From Bacillota bacterium (lineage in GTDB: Bacteria; Bacillota; UBA5301), in the NCBI GenBank assembly GCA_017656135.1, contig JACDOJ010000002.1:65120-129119 (forward strand): a DNA stretch of 64,000 nt, given 5' to 3'. Each line of letters begins with the position of its first letter. Within the stretch, counting starts at the first letter, position 1. The notes under the pieces were generated by a model, which was not told the DNA's origin, made no database searches, and worked only from the letters and a program-made list of their open reading frames with translations. Of this stretch, positions 8,866-17,899 are shown piece by piece. The position numbers and the translations under genes were made by a program.

Positions 8866-10569
8866 ATGCTCACCGATTTGCATGTAGAGAACTTCATACT
8901 CATTGAAAGCCTGGATGTGGAGTTTGGCCCGGGTCTCAACGTAATCACCGGTGAGACCGGAACCGGCAAATCCATCCTCATGGAGGCCATCACTCTCCTC
9001 GGAGGAGGCCGGGGTTTTGGTGAACAGGTCAGAGCAGGCAGCGAGGAAGCCATCATCGAAGGGGCTTTCGATGTAACCGGGCTGGTCGGAGTCAAGGAGC
9101 TCCTTGCGGCAAAGGGTTTGACTGTCGGGGAAGGAACCCTTGTCCTCTCCAGGCGTATCCAGGTCAAGGGCCCTAACCGCTGCCGGATCAATGGCCAGTT
9201 GACCACGTTAGGGGACCTGACTGAGGTCGGCAGCAGTCTGATGGACATCCAGAGCCAGGGGGAACACTACTCTTTGCTTAGTCCCAAAGAGCACCTGAGA
9301 ATCTTGGATGCCTACGCAGGGGCGGAACTAGCCGCTATTAAAGGCGAGTACCAAGAACTTTACGCCAAATACAGCCGGCTCCAGGAGGAACTGACCAAAC
9401 TCAGCCAATCTGAAGCTGAGCGGGCCCGCCGTATAGACATGCTGAAATTTCAGGTGGAGGAGATCGCTGCCGCCGGTTTTCAGGAAGGTGAGGACCAAGA
9501 GCTCATCGAACGCCGCAACATCCTGCGGAACGCTGAGAGGTTGGCGGAAGAGACCTCAAAGGCCTATGGTTTGATCAGAGAGGGTTTTGGTGAGCTGCCA
9601 GGGGCTTTGGACAGCTTGCACGAGGCTGCCGCCAGTTTAGAGAAGATATGCCGGATTGACTCCAGCTGGGAGGAAACCCTTACCGGGTACAATGCTTTGC
9701 TCAGTTCTTTGGAAGAGGTGGCCGACCGGCTCAGGTCTTACTTAGAGGAGCTGAATTACGATAATGCCGAGCTGGACCAGCTGGAGTCCCGGTTGGCTCT
9801 GGCTGAATCCCTCAAGCGCAAGTACGGTCCGGAGCTGGCCGATGTCTTGGAGTACTTAGCCCAGGCCCGGGAAGAGCTGGCCACTTTGGAGACCTCAGAC
9901 CTCCGCCGAAAGGAGCTGGAAGCCAAGATTGACCAGGTGGCCACAGACCTGAGAGAGTTGGGTTTGGCCCTGCGCCGGAGGAGGGAAGAAGGGGCCAAAC
10001 GGCTGGAAGCAGCGGTCCAGGCTGGCTTAGCTGAACTGAGATTTACCGGAGCCAGGTTCACTGTCAAGGTGGAACCTCTAGAGGGTTTTCACCCGGATGG
10101 TATGGAGGAAGTGGAGTTTTTCTTCAGCGCCAATCCCGGAGAAGATCTTAAACCCCTCAACAAGGTGGCCTCCGGTGGCGAGCTTTCGCGGCTGCTTTTG
10201 ACGCTCAAAGGGGCCCTGGCCGCCTCTGAGGGGGTTCCGGTTCTTATTTTCGATGAGATTGACACCGGTACCAGCGGTCGGACGGCCCAGGCTATCGCCG
10301 AGAAACTTTACCAGCTTTCCCGGGACTATCAGGTCATCTGTGTGACTCACCTGCCCCAGATTGCAGCCATGGGCGACCGGCACATCCTGCTGGAGAAGGA
10401 AATCGACCCTCAAGGCCAAAGCACAAAAGTGTGTGTCCGCATCTTGAATGAGGATGAACGCATCGCTGAGTTGGCCCGACTCCTTGGCGGAGTGGCAGTG
10501 AGTGAAGCTACTTATCAAGCAGCCCGTGACCTTTTGAAGCAGGCGGAAGGATATAAAAAACCCTACTAG
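8866..10569 (+). CDS. recN: DNA repair protein RecN
   Basis: GETGTGKS Walker A, coiled coil, ASGGELSR, FDEIDTG, VTHLPQIA. Confidence 0.97.
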   Translation: MLTDLHVENFILIESLDVEFGPGLNVITGETGTGKSILMEAITLLGGGRGFGEQVRAGSEEAIIEGAFDVTGLVGVKELLAAKGLTVGEGTLVLSRRIQVKGPNRCRINGQLTTLGDLTEVGSSLMDIQSQGEHYSLLSPKEHLRILDAYAGAELAAIKGEYQELYAKYSRLQEELTKLSQSEAERARRIDMLKFQVEEIAAAGFQEGEDQELIERRNILRNAERLAEETSKAYGLIREGFGELPGALDSLHEAAASLEKICRIDSSWEETLTGYNALLSSLEEVADRLRSYLEELNYDNAELDQLESRLALAESLKRKYGPELADVLEYLAQAREELATLETSDLRRKELEAKIDQVATDLRELGLALRRRREEGAKRLEAAVQAGLAELRFTGARFTVKVEPLEGFHPDGMEEVEFFFSANPGEDLKPLNKVASGGELSRLLLTLKGALAASEGVPVLIFDEIDTGTSGRTAQAIAEKLYQLSRDYQVICVTHLPQIAAMGDRHILLEKEIDPQGQSTKVCVRILNEDERIAELARLLGGVAVSEATYQAARDLLKQAEGYKKPY

Positions 10570-10577
10570 AGTTGCCA

Positions 10578-10607
10578 GCATAAAGCTCCTGCTAGGAGGA
10601 GAACCTA
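10578..10607 (+). promoter_or_regulatory. Putative SigF/SigG promoter of spoIVB
   Basis: GCATA, 15 bp, GGAGAACCTA; spoIVB is forespore-expressed in B. subtilis. Confidence 0.55.
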
Positions 10608-10640
10608 AACCCCGAAACGGCAACAAGGCAGGGGTTTTTT

Positions 10641-11942
10641 TTGTGGTCTAAAGCGTGGCGGATTACCAAGTTCATTTTTTGGTCTTTTTTATTTCTCGGG
10701 TTCGCTCTATGGTTCGGTTGGTTCAACATCAACTCCTCCCTGGGGATTCCGGAGCACTTTCGGCTGATCCAGGGGAGGGAGCAGTCTTTCTCCACCAAGT
10801 GGCCCCTTAAGGTCGGTCTCTCCTCAGATACTTCCGGTATCATCCAGGTTAAAAAAGGTTCAGAGTTCAAGATCACCCCTTTAAGGCCAGGAGAAAGTAG
10901 CTTGGACCTGAGCCTTTTTGGGGTTATTCCCCTAAAAGACCGGGTGATTTCGGTAGTGCCGGAACTGAAGGTGGTTCCCGGCGGTGAATCCATTGGGGTG
11001 ATGTTAGCTGCTCAGGGGTTGATTGTAGCTGAGCTGGCCAGGGTCAGGGATCTGGACGGCCGGCTGGTTTCTCCGGCGGCTGAGGCCGGGGTCCGTCCAG
11101 GAGACCTTCTGATCCAGATCAACGAGGTAAAAATCAACGATCCCCTAGATGTGGAAGCCGCCCTCAGAAAGGCCAACCCTTCCCAAGTGACCTTGAAGAT
11201 CAAGCGGTCCGCCAAATACCTGACGATTCCGGTGAAGCCGGCGGTGGTCCCTGGGGAACAAGGAGGCTATAAGCTGCGGTTAGGGATATATCTGGAGGAT
11301 ACGGCGGCTGGGGTCGGGACGCTCAGTTTTTACCATCCTGAGACCGGCAAGTATGCTGCCTTGGGCCACATGATCACCGACGCCCGTACTGGGGAAAAGG
11401 CGGAAATCACCGACGGCAGGATCGTCCCGGCTTTGGTTGCCGGCATCAGGAAGGGGATCCGGGGACAGCCTGGGGAGAAAATAGGTGTTTTTCAGGACCG
11501 GGCGGCGAGCCTGGGCGTCATCTCCGAAAACTCGCCCATCGGCATTTTCGGCGTCTTAGAGGAGATTCCCAAGAAAGAGAAGGCGATACCTCTGGCCATG
11601 GCCCACGAGGTGGAGCCCGGTCCGGCTCAGATTCTGACGGTCATCGAGAATGACACTGTGGAGAGTTTCGAAATTGAGATCATTAAAGTCAACAGGCAAT
11701 CAGAGCCCAGCGGTAAGGGGATGGTAATTGAGGTTAAAGACCCCAGGCTGTTAGAGGTCACCGGGGGAATTGTGCAGGGCATGAGCGGCAGCCCCATTAT
11801 TCAAAAGGGAAAACTGGTAGGTGTGGTAACCCATGTTTTCGTCAACGATCCCACTAAGGGGTATGGAGTTTACGCCGAGTGGATGGCCTCGGAGGCCGGC
11901 ATCTTCTCTGACCTGGTCAAAAACCTAGAACCGGCAGCTTGA
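10641..11942 (+). CDS. spoIVB: SpoIVB PDZ serine peptidase (S55)
   Basis: AAGVGTLSFY, ALGHMITD, TGGIVQGMSGSP, VTHVFVNDP; recN-spoIVB-spo0A synteny. Confidence 0.96.
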   Translation: MWSKAWRITKFIFWSFLFLGFALWFGWFNINSSLGIPEHFRLIQGREQSFSTKWPLKVGLSSDTSGIIQVKKGSEFKITPLRPGESSLDLSLFGVIPLKDRVISVVPELKVVPGGESIGVMLAAQGLIVAELARVRDLDGRLVSPAAEAGVRPGDLLIQINEVKINDPLDVEAALRKANPSQVTLKIKRSAKYLTIPVKPAVVPGEQGGYKLRLGIYLEDTAAGVGTLSFYHPETGKYAALGHMITDARTGEKAEITDGRIVPALVAGIRKGIRGQPGEKIGVFQDRAASLGVISENSPIGIFGVLEEIPKKEKAIPLAMAHEVEPGPAQILTVIENDTVESFEIEIIKVNRQSEPSGKGMVIEVKDPRLLEVTGGIVQGMSGSPIIQKGKLVGVVTHVFVNDPTKGYGVYAEWMASEAGIFSDLVKNLEPAA

Positions 11943-11970
11943 GCAGGAAGAAGCTGGAGCAGGTAGAAGT
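11943..11970 (+). promoter_or_regulatory. Putative SigH promoter of spo0A
   Basis: GCAGGA, 17 bp, GAAG, matching AGGA-17-GAAT with one mismatch. Confidence 0.5.
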
Positions 11971-11992
11971 TACAGAATGGAGGTTTTTGACA

Positions 11993-12757
11993 ATGAGAAC
12001 TACCCGGGTTTTGATAGCCGACGACGAAATGGACTTAGCAGAATTACTTGCAGATGCCATCAGGCGGGTTTCCGACCTGTCTCTGGCGGGAGTTGCCCAT
12101 GACGGAGAACAGGCTCTTGCCCTCATTGATCAGGTCAAACCCGATGTGGTTCTTCTGGATATGATCATGCCCAAACTGGATGGGATAGCGGTCTTGGAGG
12201 AGCTCAAGCTCCGCTCTGGACCTAAACCTAAGGTTATAGCCCTAACAGCCCTGGGGGAAGCGGAGATGACCCAAAAAATCCTGGCTTTGGGGGCCAGTTA
12301 CTACATTATCAAGCCCTTTAAGACTGACCTTTTGCTCAGGAGGATCCGCCAGGTGGCTCAGGAGAAACCCGACTTGCGGCCTCTGGCCCTGCACCACCCT
12401 AATGTGGAAGTGGAAAGGAAAGTGGTAGAACTAGTCATCCAAATCGGCATCCCACCCTCTCTCAAAGGGTACAACTACGTCAAAGATGCTATTTTGATCG
12501 TCCTGGAAAACCCGGCTTACCTTACCGGGGTCACCAAGAAGCTATACCCGTACATTGCTGAGAAGTACGGCACGACCGCCGGGGTGGTGGAGCGTGCCCT
12601 GCGCAGCGCTATCGAGTACGCTTGGATGCACGGGGACCCCGATTACCTCTATTCCTTATTTGGCTCCACCATTAAGAGCAGCAAAGGCAAACCCACCAAT
12701 ACCGCTTTTATCGCCAGGGTGGCTGATTTGCTCAAATATGACTCCTCTACCGCATAG
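11993..12757 (+). CDS. spo0A: Sporulation master regulator Spo0A (divergent)
   Basis: Receiver domain (LLDMIMPKLDG, IIKPF) plus Spo0A C-domain (KGY.Y, TKKLYP, VERA.R.AIE.AW, KPTN..FIA); follows spoIVB. Confidence 0.9.
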   Translation: MRTTRVLIADDEMDLAELLADAIRRVSDLSLAGVAHDGEQALALIDQVKPDVVLLDMIMPKLDGIAVLEELKLRSGPKPKVIALTALGEAEMTQKILALGASYYIIKPFKTDLLLRRIRQVAQEKPDLRPLALHHPNVEVERKVVELVIQIGIPPSLKGYNYVKDAILIVLENPAYLTGVTKKLYPYIAEKYGTTAGVVERALRSAIEYAWMHGDPDYLYSLFGSTIKSSKGKPTNTAFIARVADLLKYDSSTA

Positions 12758-12768
12758 GGGGTATTTGC

Positions 12769-13899
12769 ATGTTCCGCCCCATCAAAGGTGTGGCTAGGGT
12801 GGGAGACAAGACCAAAGCACTTGTTAAGAAACTTGCGCCTGGAGAGATAGCCGTAATTTGTCACCGAGACATGGACCAAGTGGCGGCGGAATCTCTCTGC
12901 CAAGCCAGAGTCAGTGCTGTGATTAATCGGCATCCTTTCATTAGCGGACGGTATCCCAATCGCGGACCCCTCTTCCTTATGGAACGAGGGGTTTTGCTTT
13001 TTGAACTGAACCCTGGTATTGAAGTTAAGGACTGGGAGGGCCGGCAGGTGGAGATCGATCCCGAAAAAGAGCTGCTGCTTTTGCCCTCGGGAGAGCAGGT
13101 CCGGGTGAGAGCTTACACCCAAGACCGTTTAGCTTCAGATCTGGCCAAGTCTCGGGTAAATGTCAACAGCGAGCTGGAAAAGTTCGTTACCAACACCTTG
13201 GAGTATGCCAAAAACGAGCTGGGTTTGGTCACCGGTGAGTACGAGGTTCCTGAGGTGGAGACGCCCATCAAAGGCAGGCACGCCCTGGTGGTGGTTCGTG
13301 GCAAAAATTACCATGAGGACCTCGCTGCCATTCGGAGCTACGTGGAGGAGCTTAACCCGGTGCTCATTGGGGTGGATGGCGGAGCCAACGCTCTTTTGGA
13401 ACTGGGGTGGCGGCCGGATCTGATTATCGGGGATATGGACAGTGTAACAGATGAAGCTCTGGTCTCTGGGGCAGAACTTATCGTTCACGGGTACCTGGAC
13501 GGCAGGGCTCCCGGAGCCGAACGTCTCCGGGAGATGGGTTTGAACTACAAAGTCTGGCACATCCCCGGTACCAGCGAGGACCTGGCTCTTCTCTTAGCCT
13601 ATGAGGCCGGGGCTGAGCTGATTGTGGCCGTTGGTACCCACTCCAACATGATGGATTTTCTGGATAAAGGGCGTCCCGGAATGGCCAGCACCTTTTTGGT
13701 AAGACTTAAAGTAGGGGAGATTCTGGTGGATGCCAAGGGCATCTATGCCTTGTACAAGGGCAGGCCCAGGGTATCTTACGCCCTGCCAATGCTGGTAGCT
13801 GCCGGTCTTCCCCTCTTGGTCATTATTTCTCTGACCGAACCCTTCAGGAGCTGGGTGAGGCTCTTGGTGATGTACCTGCAAACATCCCTGGGTTTTTAA
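12769..13899 (+). CDS. steA: SteA-like membrane-anchored protein (thiamine pyrophosphokinase-like domain)
   Basis: ISGRYPNRGP, LIGVDGGA, DLIIGDMDSV, GTSEDLALL, FLDKGRPGMASTFLVRLKVG; C-terminal TM. Confidence 0.85.
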   Translation: MFRPIKGVARVGDKTKALVKKLAPGEIAVICHRDMDQVAAESLCQARVSAVINRHPFISGRYPNRGPLFLMERGVLLFELNPGIEVKDWEGRQVEIDPEKELLLLPSGEQVRVRAYTQDRLASDLAKSRVNVNSELEKFVTNTLEYAKNELGLVTGEYEVPEVETPIKGRHALVVVRGKNYHEDLAAIRSYVEELNPVLIGVDGGANALLELGWRPDLIIGDMDSVTDEALVSGAELIVHGYLDGRAPGAERLREMGLNYKVWHIPGTSEDLALLLAYEAGAELIVAVGTHSNMMDFLDKGRPGMASTFLVRLKVGEILVDAKGIYALYKGRPRVSYALPMLVAAGLPLLVIISLTEPFRSWVRLLVMYLQTSLGF

Positions 13900-13913
13900 G
13901 GTGGTCGCCCCTG

Positions 13914-14636
13914 ATGCTCATCGATTACCGATACCACATCATGACCCTGGTAGCAGTTTTTCTCGCTTTAGGGTTAGGGGTCCTCATCGGAGGAGCCCTC
14001 TTCAGTGATGAGAGCCTCCTGGAGAGCCAGGCTGAGTTAGTTAAACGTTTGGAACAGGACTTTCGCTCTCTTAGAGCCGAGAACCAGCGGCTCTCCCAGA
14101 GTCTGAACCTCTTGCGATTGGACTTGAACAGACAGCGGCAGTTCAGTCAGTGGCTGCTTCCCAAGGCCGTGGCGGGGAGGCTTGAAGGACAGAGTTTCGC
14201 TCTGGTCAGTGCAATCCCTCCGGACCGTCAGTACTTTTCTCAATTTACCAACCTGATCCAGCAGGCCGGGGGAAGACTCGTGGCCGAATTGAGCATTGAC
14301 CCCCAAAAGTGGAGGGAGGCGGGAAGAGCTGAATATCAGCAGTTGGCCGGGATTCTGGCCGTCGGCATCAGAGGACCGACCCTGACCAGCCTGGAGCAGG
14401 CAGGCTACATCCAGTTCTCCGGTAAGGAACCGTTTCCCGCCAGAGAAGTGCTTCTCTTGGAGGATGAGGATGATCCCGGCAGCCAGCTGGTCAAGGAGAG
14501 CCTGGTGGAGATGGGTCTTAGGGTTCACTCCCTTCCTGTTGGGGAAAGGACTATTGAAGAGCAGGCCAAATTTCTTTTTACCCTGATAGATGAGGTTCAG
14601 AATGAGCGCCATAACAGTGATCGTTCCGGCACATAA
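13914..14636 (+). CDS. SteB/MctB-like (DUF3186) protein
   Basis: N-terminal IDYRYHIMTLVAVFLALGLGVLIG followed by a coiled coil; downstream of steA. Confidence 0.8.
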   Translation: MLIDYRYHIMTLVAVFLALGLGVLIGGALFSDESLLESQAELVKRLEQDFRSLRAENQRLSQSLNLLRLDLNRQRQFSQWLLPKAVAGRLEGQSFALVSAIPPDRQYFSQFTNLIQQAGGRLVAELSIDPQKWREAGRAEYQQLAGILAVGIRGPTLTSLEQAGYIQFSGKEPFPAREVLLLEDEDDPGSQLVKESLVEMGLRVHSLPVGERTIEEQAKFLFTLIDEVQNERHNSDRSGT

Positions 14637-15279
14637 CGAGGCTGAGCAGATCGGTACCACCCTCCAGGGGATCCTGGAGCGCCGCCGGCACCATCAGGTG
14701 ATCGTAGTTGATGACGGCTCCCAAGATCAAACCCCAGAGATAGCAGCCAGTCTCGGAGTACACCTGGTTCGGCTGCCGAAAAATGTCGGAAAGGCCAAAG
14801 CTGTGGAGGCCGGACTCTCTCTGGCCACTGGAGAGATCATCGTCCTCCTTGATGCTGATCTTGGACCAACCGCCCGTTACTGGCCACGCCTGGTAGAACC
14901 CTTGCTAACCGGGGAGGCTCAGATGGCTGTGGCCCTTTTGACCTCCCCGGCAGGGACAGGTGGGATGGGCTTCGTCCGGAAGTTAGCCAATTGGGGCCTG
15001 TACTTTTTGACCGGTCAGCGTTTTCCGGCGGTTCTCTCTGGACAGCGGGCCTTCTTTCAAGCCGATTTACCCAAGCTTTTACCCCTCGGCTCCGGGTTCG
15101 GTTTAGAGCTGGCTTTGACCGTCCGGGCCATCAGAGGCGGTTTGACCCTGGCCCAGGTCCCACTGCCGATAGAACATGACTACACCGGCCGGGATTGGGC
15201 CGGTTTTGCCCACCGTTCCCGTCAGTTCCGGGATATTTTCCAGACCATTCTTTGGCTGAGACGGGATGGAAAGCCTTGA
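14602..15279 (+). CDS. Glycosyltransferase family 2
   Basis: VIVPAHNE, VVDDGSQD, GKAKA, LLDAD, LSGQRA, FGLE. Confidence 0.9.
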   Translation: MSAITVIVPAHNEAEQIGTTLQGILERRRHHQVIVVDDGSQDQTPEIAASLGVHLVRLPKNVGKAKAVEAGLSLATGEIIVLLDADLGPTARYWPRLVEPLLTGEAQMAVALLTSPAGTGGMGFVRKLANWGLYFLTGQRFPAVLSGQRAFFQADLPKLLPLGSGFGLELALTVRAIRGGLTLAQVPLPIEHDYTGRDWAGFAHRSRQFRDIFQTILWLRRDGKP

Positions 15280-16136
15280 ACCACTGGGAGATCGCTTTGG
15301 GCCTCGCTACAATTGCTGCGGCAGCTACCGGTCTGGTGCTTCCCTGGCTGGTAGGGCTGCATGAAAGGGCCGGTTGGGTGAACAGCAACTATCGGGGGGA
15401 GGAGATACCCACCGGAACCGGTCTCTTGCTCTTGGCCGGAATCACTGCAGCCTGGGCTTGGCTGGGCTTGTTAGCCCGCCTAGGTGTAGTTCCTCCCACA
15501 AATGCCCCGGTGGGGGCCGGAGCCACCTTGATTTGGAGCTTCGCGCTGTTAGGTTTCTTAGATGATGTGGGCGGCTCAGGGGAACACGGTGGCTTTAGCA
15601 GCCACTTCCGTTCACTGGCTCAGGGCAGGTTGACCACAGGGGGGCTGAAGGCTCTGGGAGGGGGATTGGTTGCCGCCTATGTTGCTTTGGAGGTGGTCCC
15701 GGATTGGCTGGGAGTCGTGGTCGGAGCCTTGACTCTCGCTCTTGGTGCCAATTTTTTGAACCTACTGGACCTTAGACCGGGTCGGGGTATCAAAGGTTAT
15801 CTGGTTCTGACTTTCCTGGGGCTGGTGGGTTCAGGCTTTGCTCCCGAAACCCTCGTGGTTGCAGCGGCAGGGATCGGGGCCAGTCTGGCCTTTTTGCCCG
15901 GGGATCTACGGGGTCAAATCATGCTGGGGGATGCCGGGGCCAATCTCCTTGGTGCCTTGGCGGGTTTTCAGTTTTTGACCGGCGGTGACCGCCTGCTCTT
16001 TTTTGTGGCTTTCACGGTTCTAGCAGGGTTGAATCTCTTGGCGGAGAAGGTTTCTTTTAGCCGTTTAATAGAGTCATCAGCGCTCCTGTCCTGGCTGGAC
16101 CGGTTGGGACAGGGCAAGCAAGGGGGAAAAGAATGA
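15276..16136 (+). CDS. MraY/WecA-like (glycosyl transferase family 4) membrane phosphotransferase
   Basis: Polytopic; NYRG..IP, GFLDD, NFLNLLDLRPGR, MLGDAGAN; TTG start overlaps the GT2 stop. Confidence 0.8.
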   Translation: MNHWEIALGLATIAAAATGLVLPWLVGLHERAGWVNSNYRGEEIPTGTGLLLLAGITAAWAWLGLLARLGVVPPTNAPVGAGATLIWSFALLGFLDDVGGSGEHGGFSSHFRSLAQGRLTTGGLKALGGGLVAAYVALEVVPDWLGVVVGALTLALGANFLNLLDLRPGRGIKGYLVLTFLGLVGSGFAPETLVVAAAGIGASLAFLPGDLRGQIMLGDAGANLLGALAGFQFLTGGDRLLFFVAFTVLAGLNLLAEKVSFSRLIESSALLSWLDRLGQGKQGGKE

Positions 16137-16990
16137 AATTTGGCTGTCACGTCTCCATCGCCGGTGGCCTGGATAAAGCCATAGCCCGGGGGAAGAAGTT
16201 GGGCTGTGAGGCCATCCAGATCTTCGCCAGCAATCCCAGGGGGTGGCGGGTCAAGAAACTGAACCCAGTTGAAGCGGTCAAGTTCAAAGAGGCCAGGGCC
16301 GAGTCGGAGATCGCCGTCGTGGCGGTGCATTCAACCTACCTGGTCAATTTGGCCTCGGCTAACCCCGAGATCCGGGAGAAATCGTACCAGCGGTTTAAAG
16401 AAGATGTGGAGAGGGCCGGTGAGATTGGGGCCGAGTTTATGGTCTTACATCCGGGAAGTCACGGAGGGGCCGGTTTGAATGCCGGAATCGATTTGGTCGC
16501 CGAGGCTTTGAGACGCCTCCAGGGGGAGTGCGAGCTGAAGACTACAGTCTTGTTGGAGATCGAAGCGGGGGGTGGCACCGAAATTGGTGGAACCTGGGAG
16601 AACCTGGTCCAGATAATGGAGAAACTTCCTGAACCCTCTGACTGGGTGGGGCTCTGCTTAGATACCTGCCACTCCTTTGCGGCCGGCTATGACCTGCGCC
16701 GGGAGGAAGGCTGGGAGGAGGTGCTGGGGCTCATTGATCGCCTCTGTGGTCTGGAGAGGCTGAAGCTCATCCACGCCAATGATGCTGCCGGAAGCCTCGG
16801 GGACCACTGGGACCGGCACGCCCACATCGGCCAAGGCAGCCTCGGGGAAGAGGGGTTTAAAGCCATGATGGCCCGGCCAGAGCTTTCAGAGCTGCCGGTG
16901 GTCCTGGAAACCCCCGAGGATGAATGGGGCAACTTCGCCACCAATTTGGCGGCGCTGCGCAGAATCTATCAGGAGAGGGAGAACCAATAA
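16133..16990 (+). CDS. nfo: Endonuclease IV
   Basis: GCHVSIAGG, HSTYLVNLAS, LHPGS, CLDTCHSFAAGY, HAND, DRHAHIG, LETP. Confidence 0.96.
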   Translation: MKFGCHVSIAGGLDKAIARGKKLGCEAIQIFASNPRGWRVKKLNPVEAVKFKEARAESEIAVVAVHSTYLVNLASANPEIREKSYQRFKEDVERAGEIGAEFMVLHPGSHGGAGLNAGIDLVAEALRRLQGECELKTTVLLEIEAGGGTEIGGTWENLVQIMEKLPEPSDWVGLCLDTCHSFAAGYDLRREEGWEEVLGLIDRLCGLERLKLIHANDAAGSLGDHWDRHAHIGQGSLGEEGFKAMMARPELSELPVVLETPEDEWGNFATNLAALRRIYQERENQ

Positions 16991-17003
16991 CTACCAGCTT
17001 TCG

Positions 17004-17030
17004 GCAGGTAACAGAAGAATTTTGTAGAAT
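17004..17030 (+). promoter_or_regulatory. Putative SigH-like promoter
   Basis: GCAGGT, 17 bp, GAAT upstream of the LysM hydrolase. Confidence 0.4.
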
Positions 17031-17063
17031 ATGCGTAAATAATTAAGGAATGTCTATTTAGAG

Positions 17064-17825
17064 GTGAGAAGATTGCAGATGAGGTCTGTGAGGGCAGGAT
17101 TTTTTTTACTTCTGCTTTTGGTGGGCTTTAGCTGGACAAGCTATGCCGCGGACTACCAGTACCATACGGTGGTGAAAGGGGATACCCTTTATAGCCTGGC
17201 TAAGGCCTATGGTTCTACAGTGGAGGAGATTATTGCCCTCAATGATCTGCCTGACTACACCATTAAGGTCGGGGACATCTTGAAACTGCCTGCCCCCAAA
17301 GAGGAGAGGGAACCTGGATTGTCTGTGGCCACCGTCTCCGTGGGCCTGTCCTTGCCTGCCCCCAAAGTGGAGAGACCGGTTTTCGAGGCGGAGAAACCTA
17401 CTCCTGAGGTCCAGGAAGCTGTTGCCCGGAAAGATAGCCGGAAAGACAGCCAACCGGTAGTTAAGCTGACTCCTGAGGAAGTGGAGCTTTTGTCGAAACT
17501 GGTTCATGCAGAAGCCAGAGGCGAACCCTTGGAGGGGCAGATTGCTGTGGCTGCTGTGGTCCTTAACCGAGTAAAGCACCCCAGCTTCCCTAATACTGTC
17601 AAGGAAGTGATTTTCGAGCCTGGACAGTTTCTCAGCGTGGAAAATGGGATGATCAATCAAGAGCCTTCTGAAAGCTGCCGCAAGGCAGTGGAGTATGCCC
17701 TCCAGGGACAAGATCCTTCCGGCGGTGCTCTCTTTTTCTACAATCCTAAGAAATCTAAGGCTTTGGCCTGGTGGCAGACCCGCAAGACCACTGCAGTCAT
17801 CGGGGACCACAATTTTGCCATTTGA
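17064..17825 (+). CDS. Secreted LysM + SleB-like (Hydrolase_2) cell wall hydrolase
   Basis: Signal peptide, HTVVKGDTLYSLA LysM, EARGEP..GQIAVAAVVLNRV, GALFFYNP, IGDHNF; exact start uncertain. Confidence 0.9.
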   Translation: MRRLQMRSVRAGFFLLLLLVGFSWTSYAADYQYHTVVKGDTLYSLAKAYGSTVEEIIALNDLPDYTIKVGDILKLPAPKEEREPGLSVATVSVGLSLPAPKVERPVFEAEKPTPEVQEAVARKDSRKDSQPVVKLTPEEVELLSKLVHAEARGEPLEGQIAVAAVVLNRVKHPSFPNTVKEVIFEPGQFLSVENGMINQEPSESCRKAVEYALQGQDPSGGALFFYNPKKSKALAWWQTRKTTAVIGDHNFAI

Positions 17826-17899
17826 CGAGCTTACGGCAAATACTTTTTGAGCCTCCTGTCGCATAAACATACTGCGATGAAGCACAGGAGGTTTTTGTT

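Noticed and set aside
17106-17885. 259-aa antisense ORF and similar shadow ORFs (e.g. 8559-9248, 61876-62577, 62950-63465)
   Set aside because: They lie opposite well-supported genes, have no recognisable motifs, and are expected in GC-rich coding DNA.
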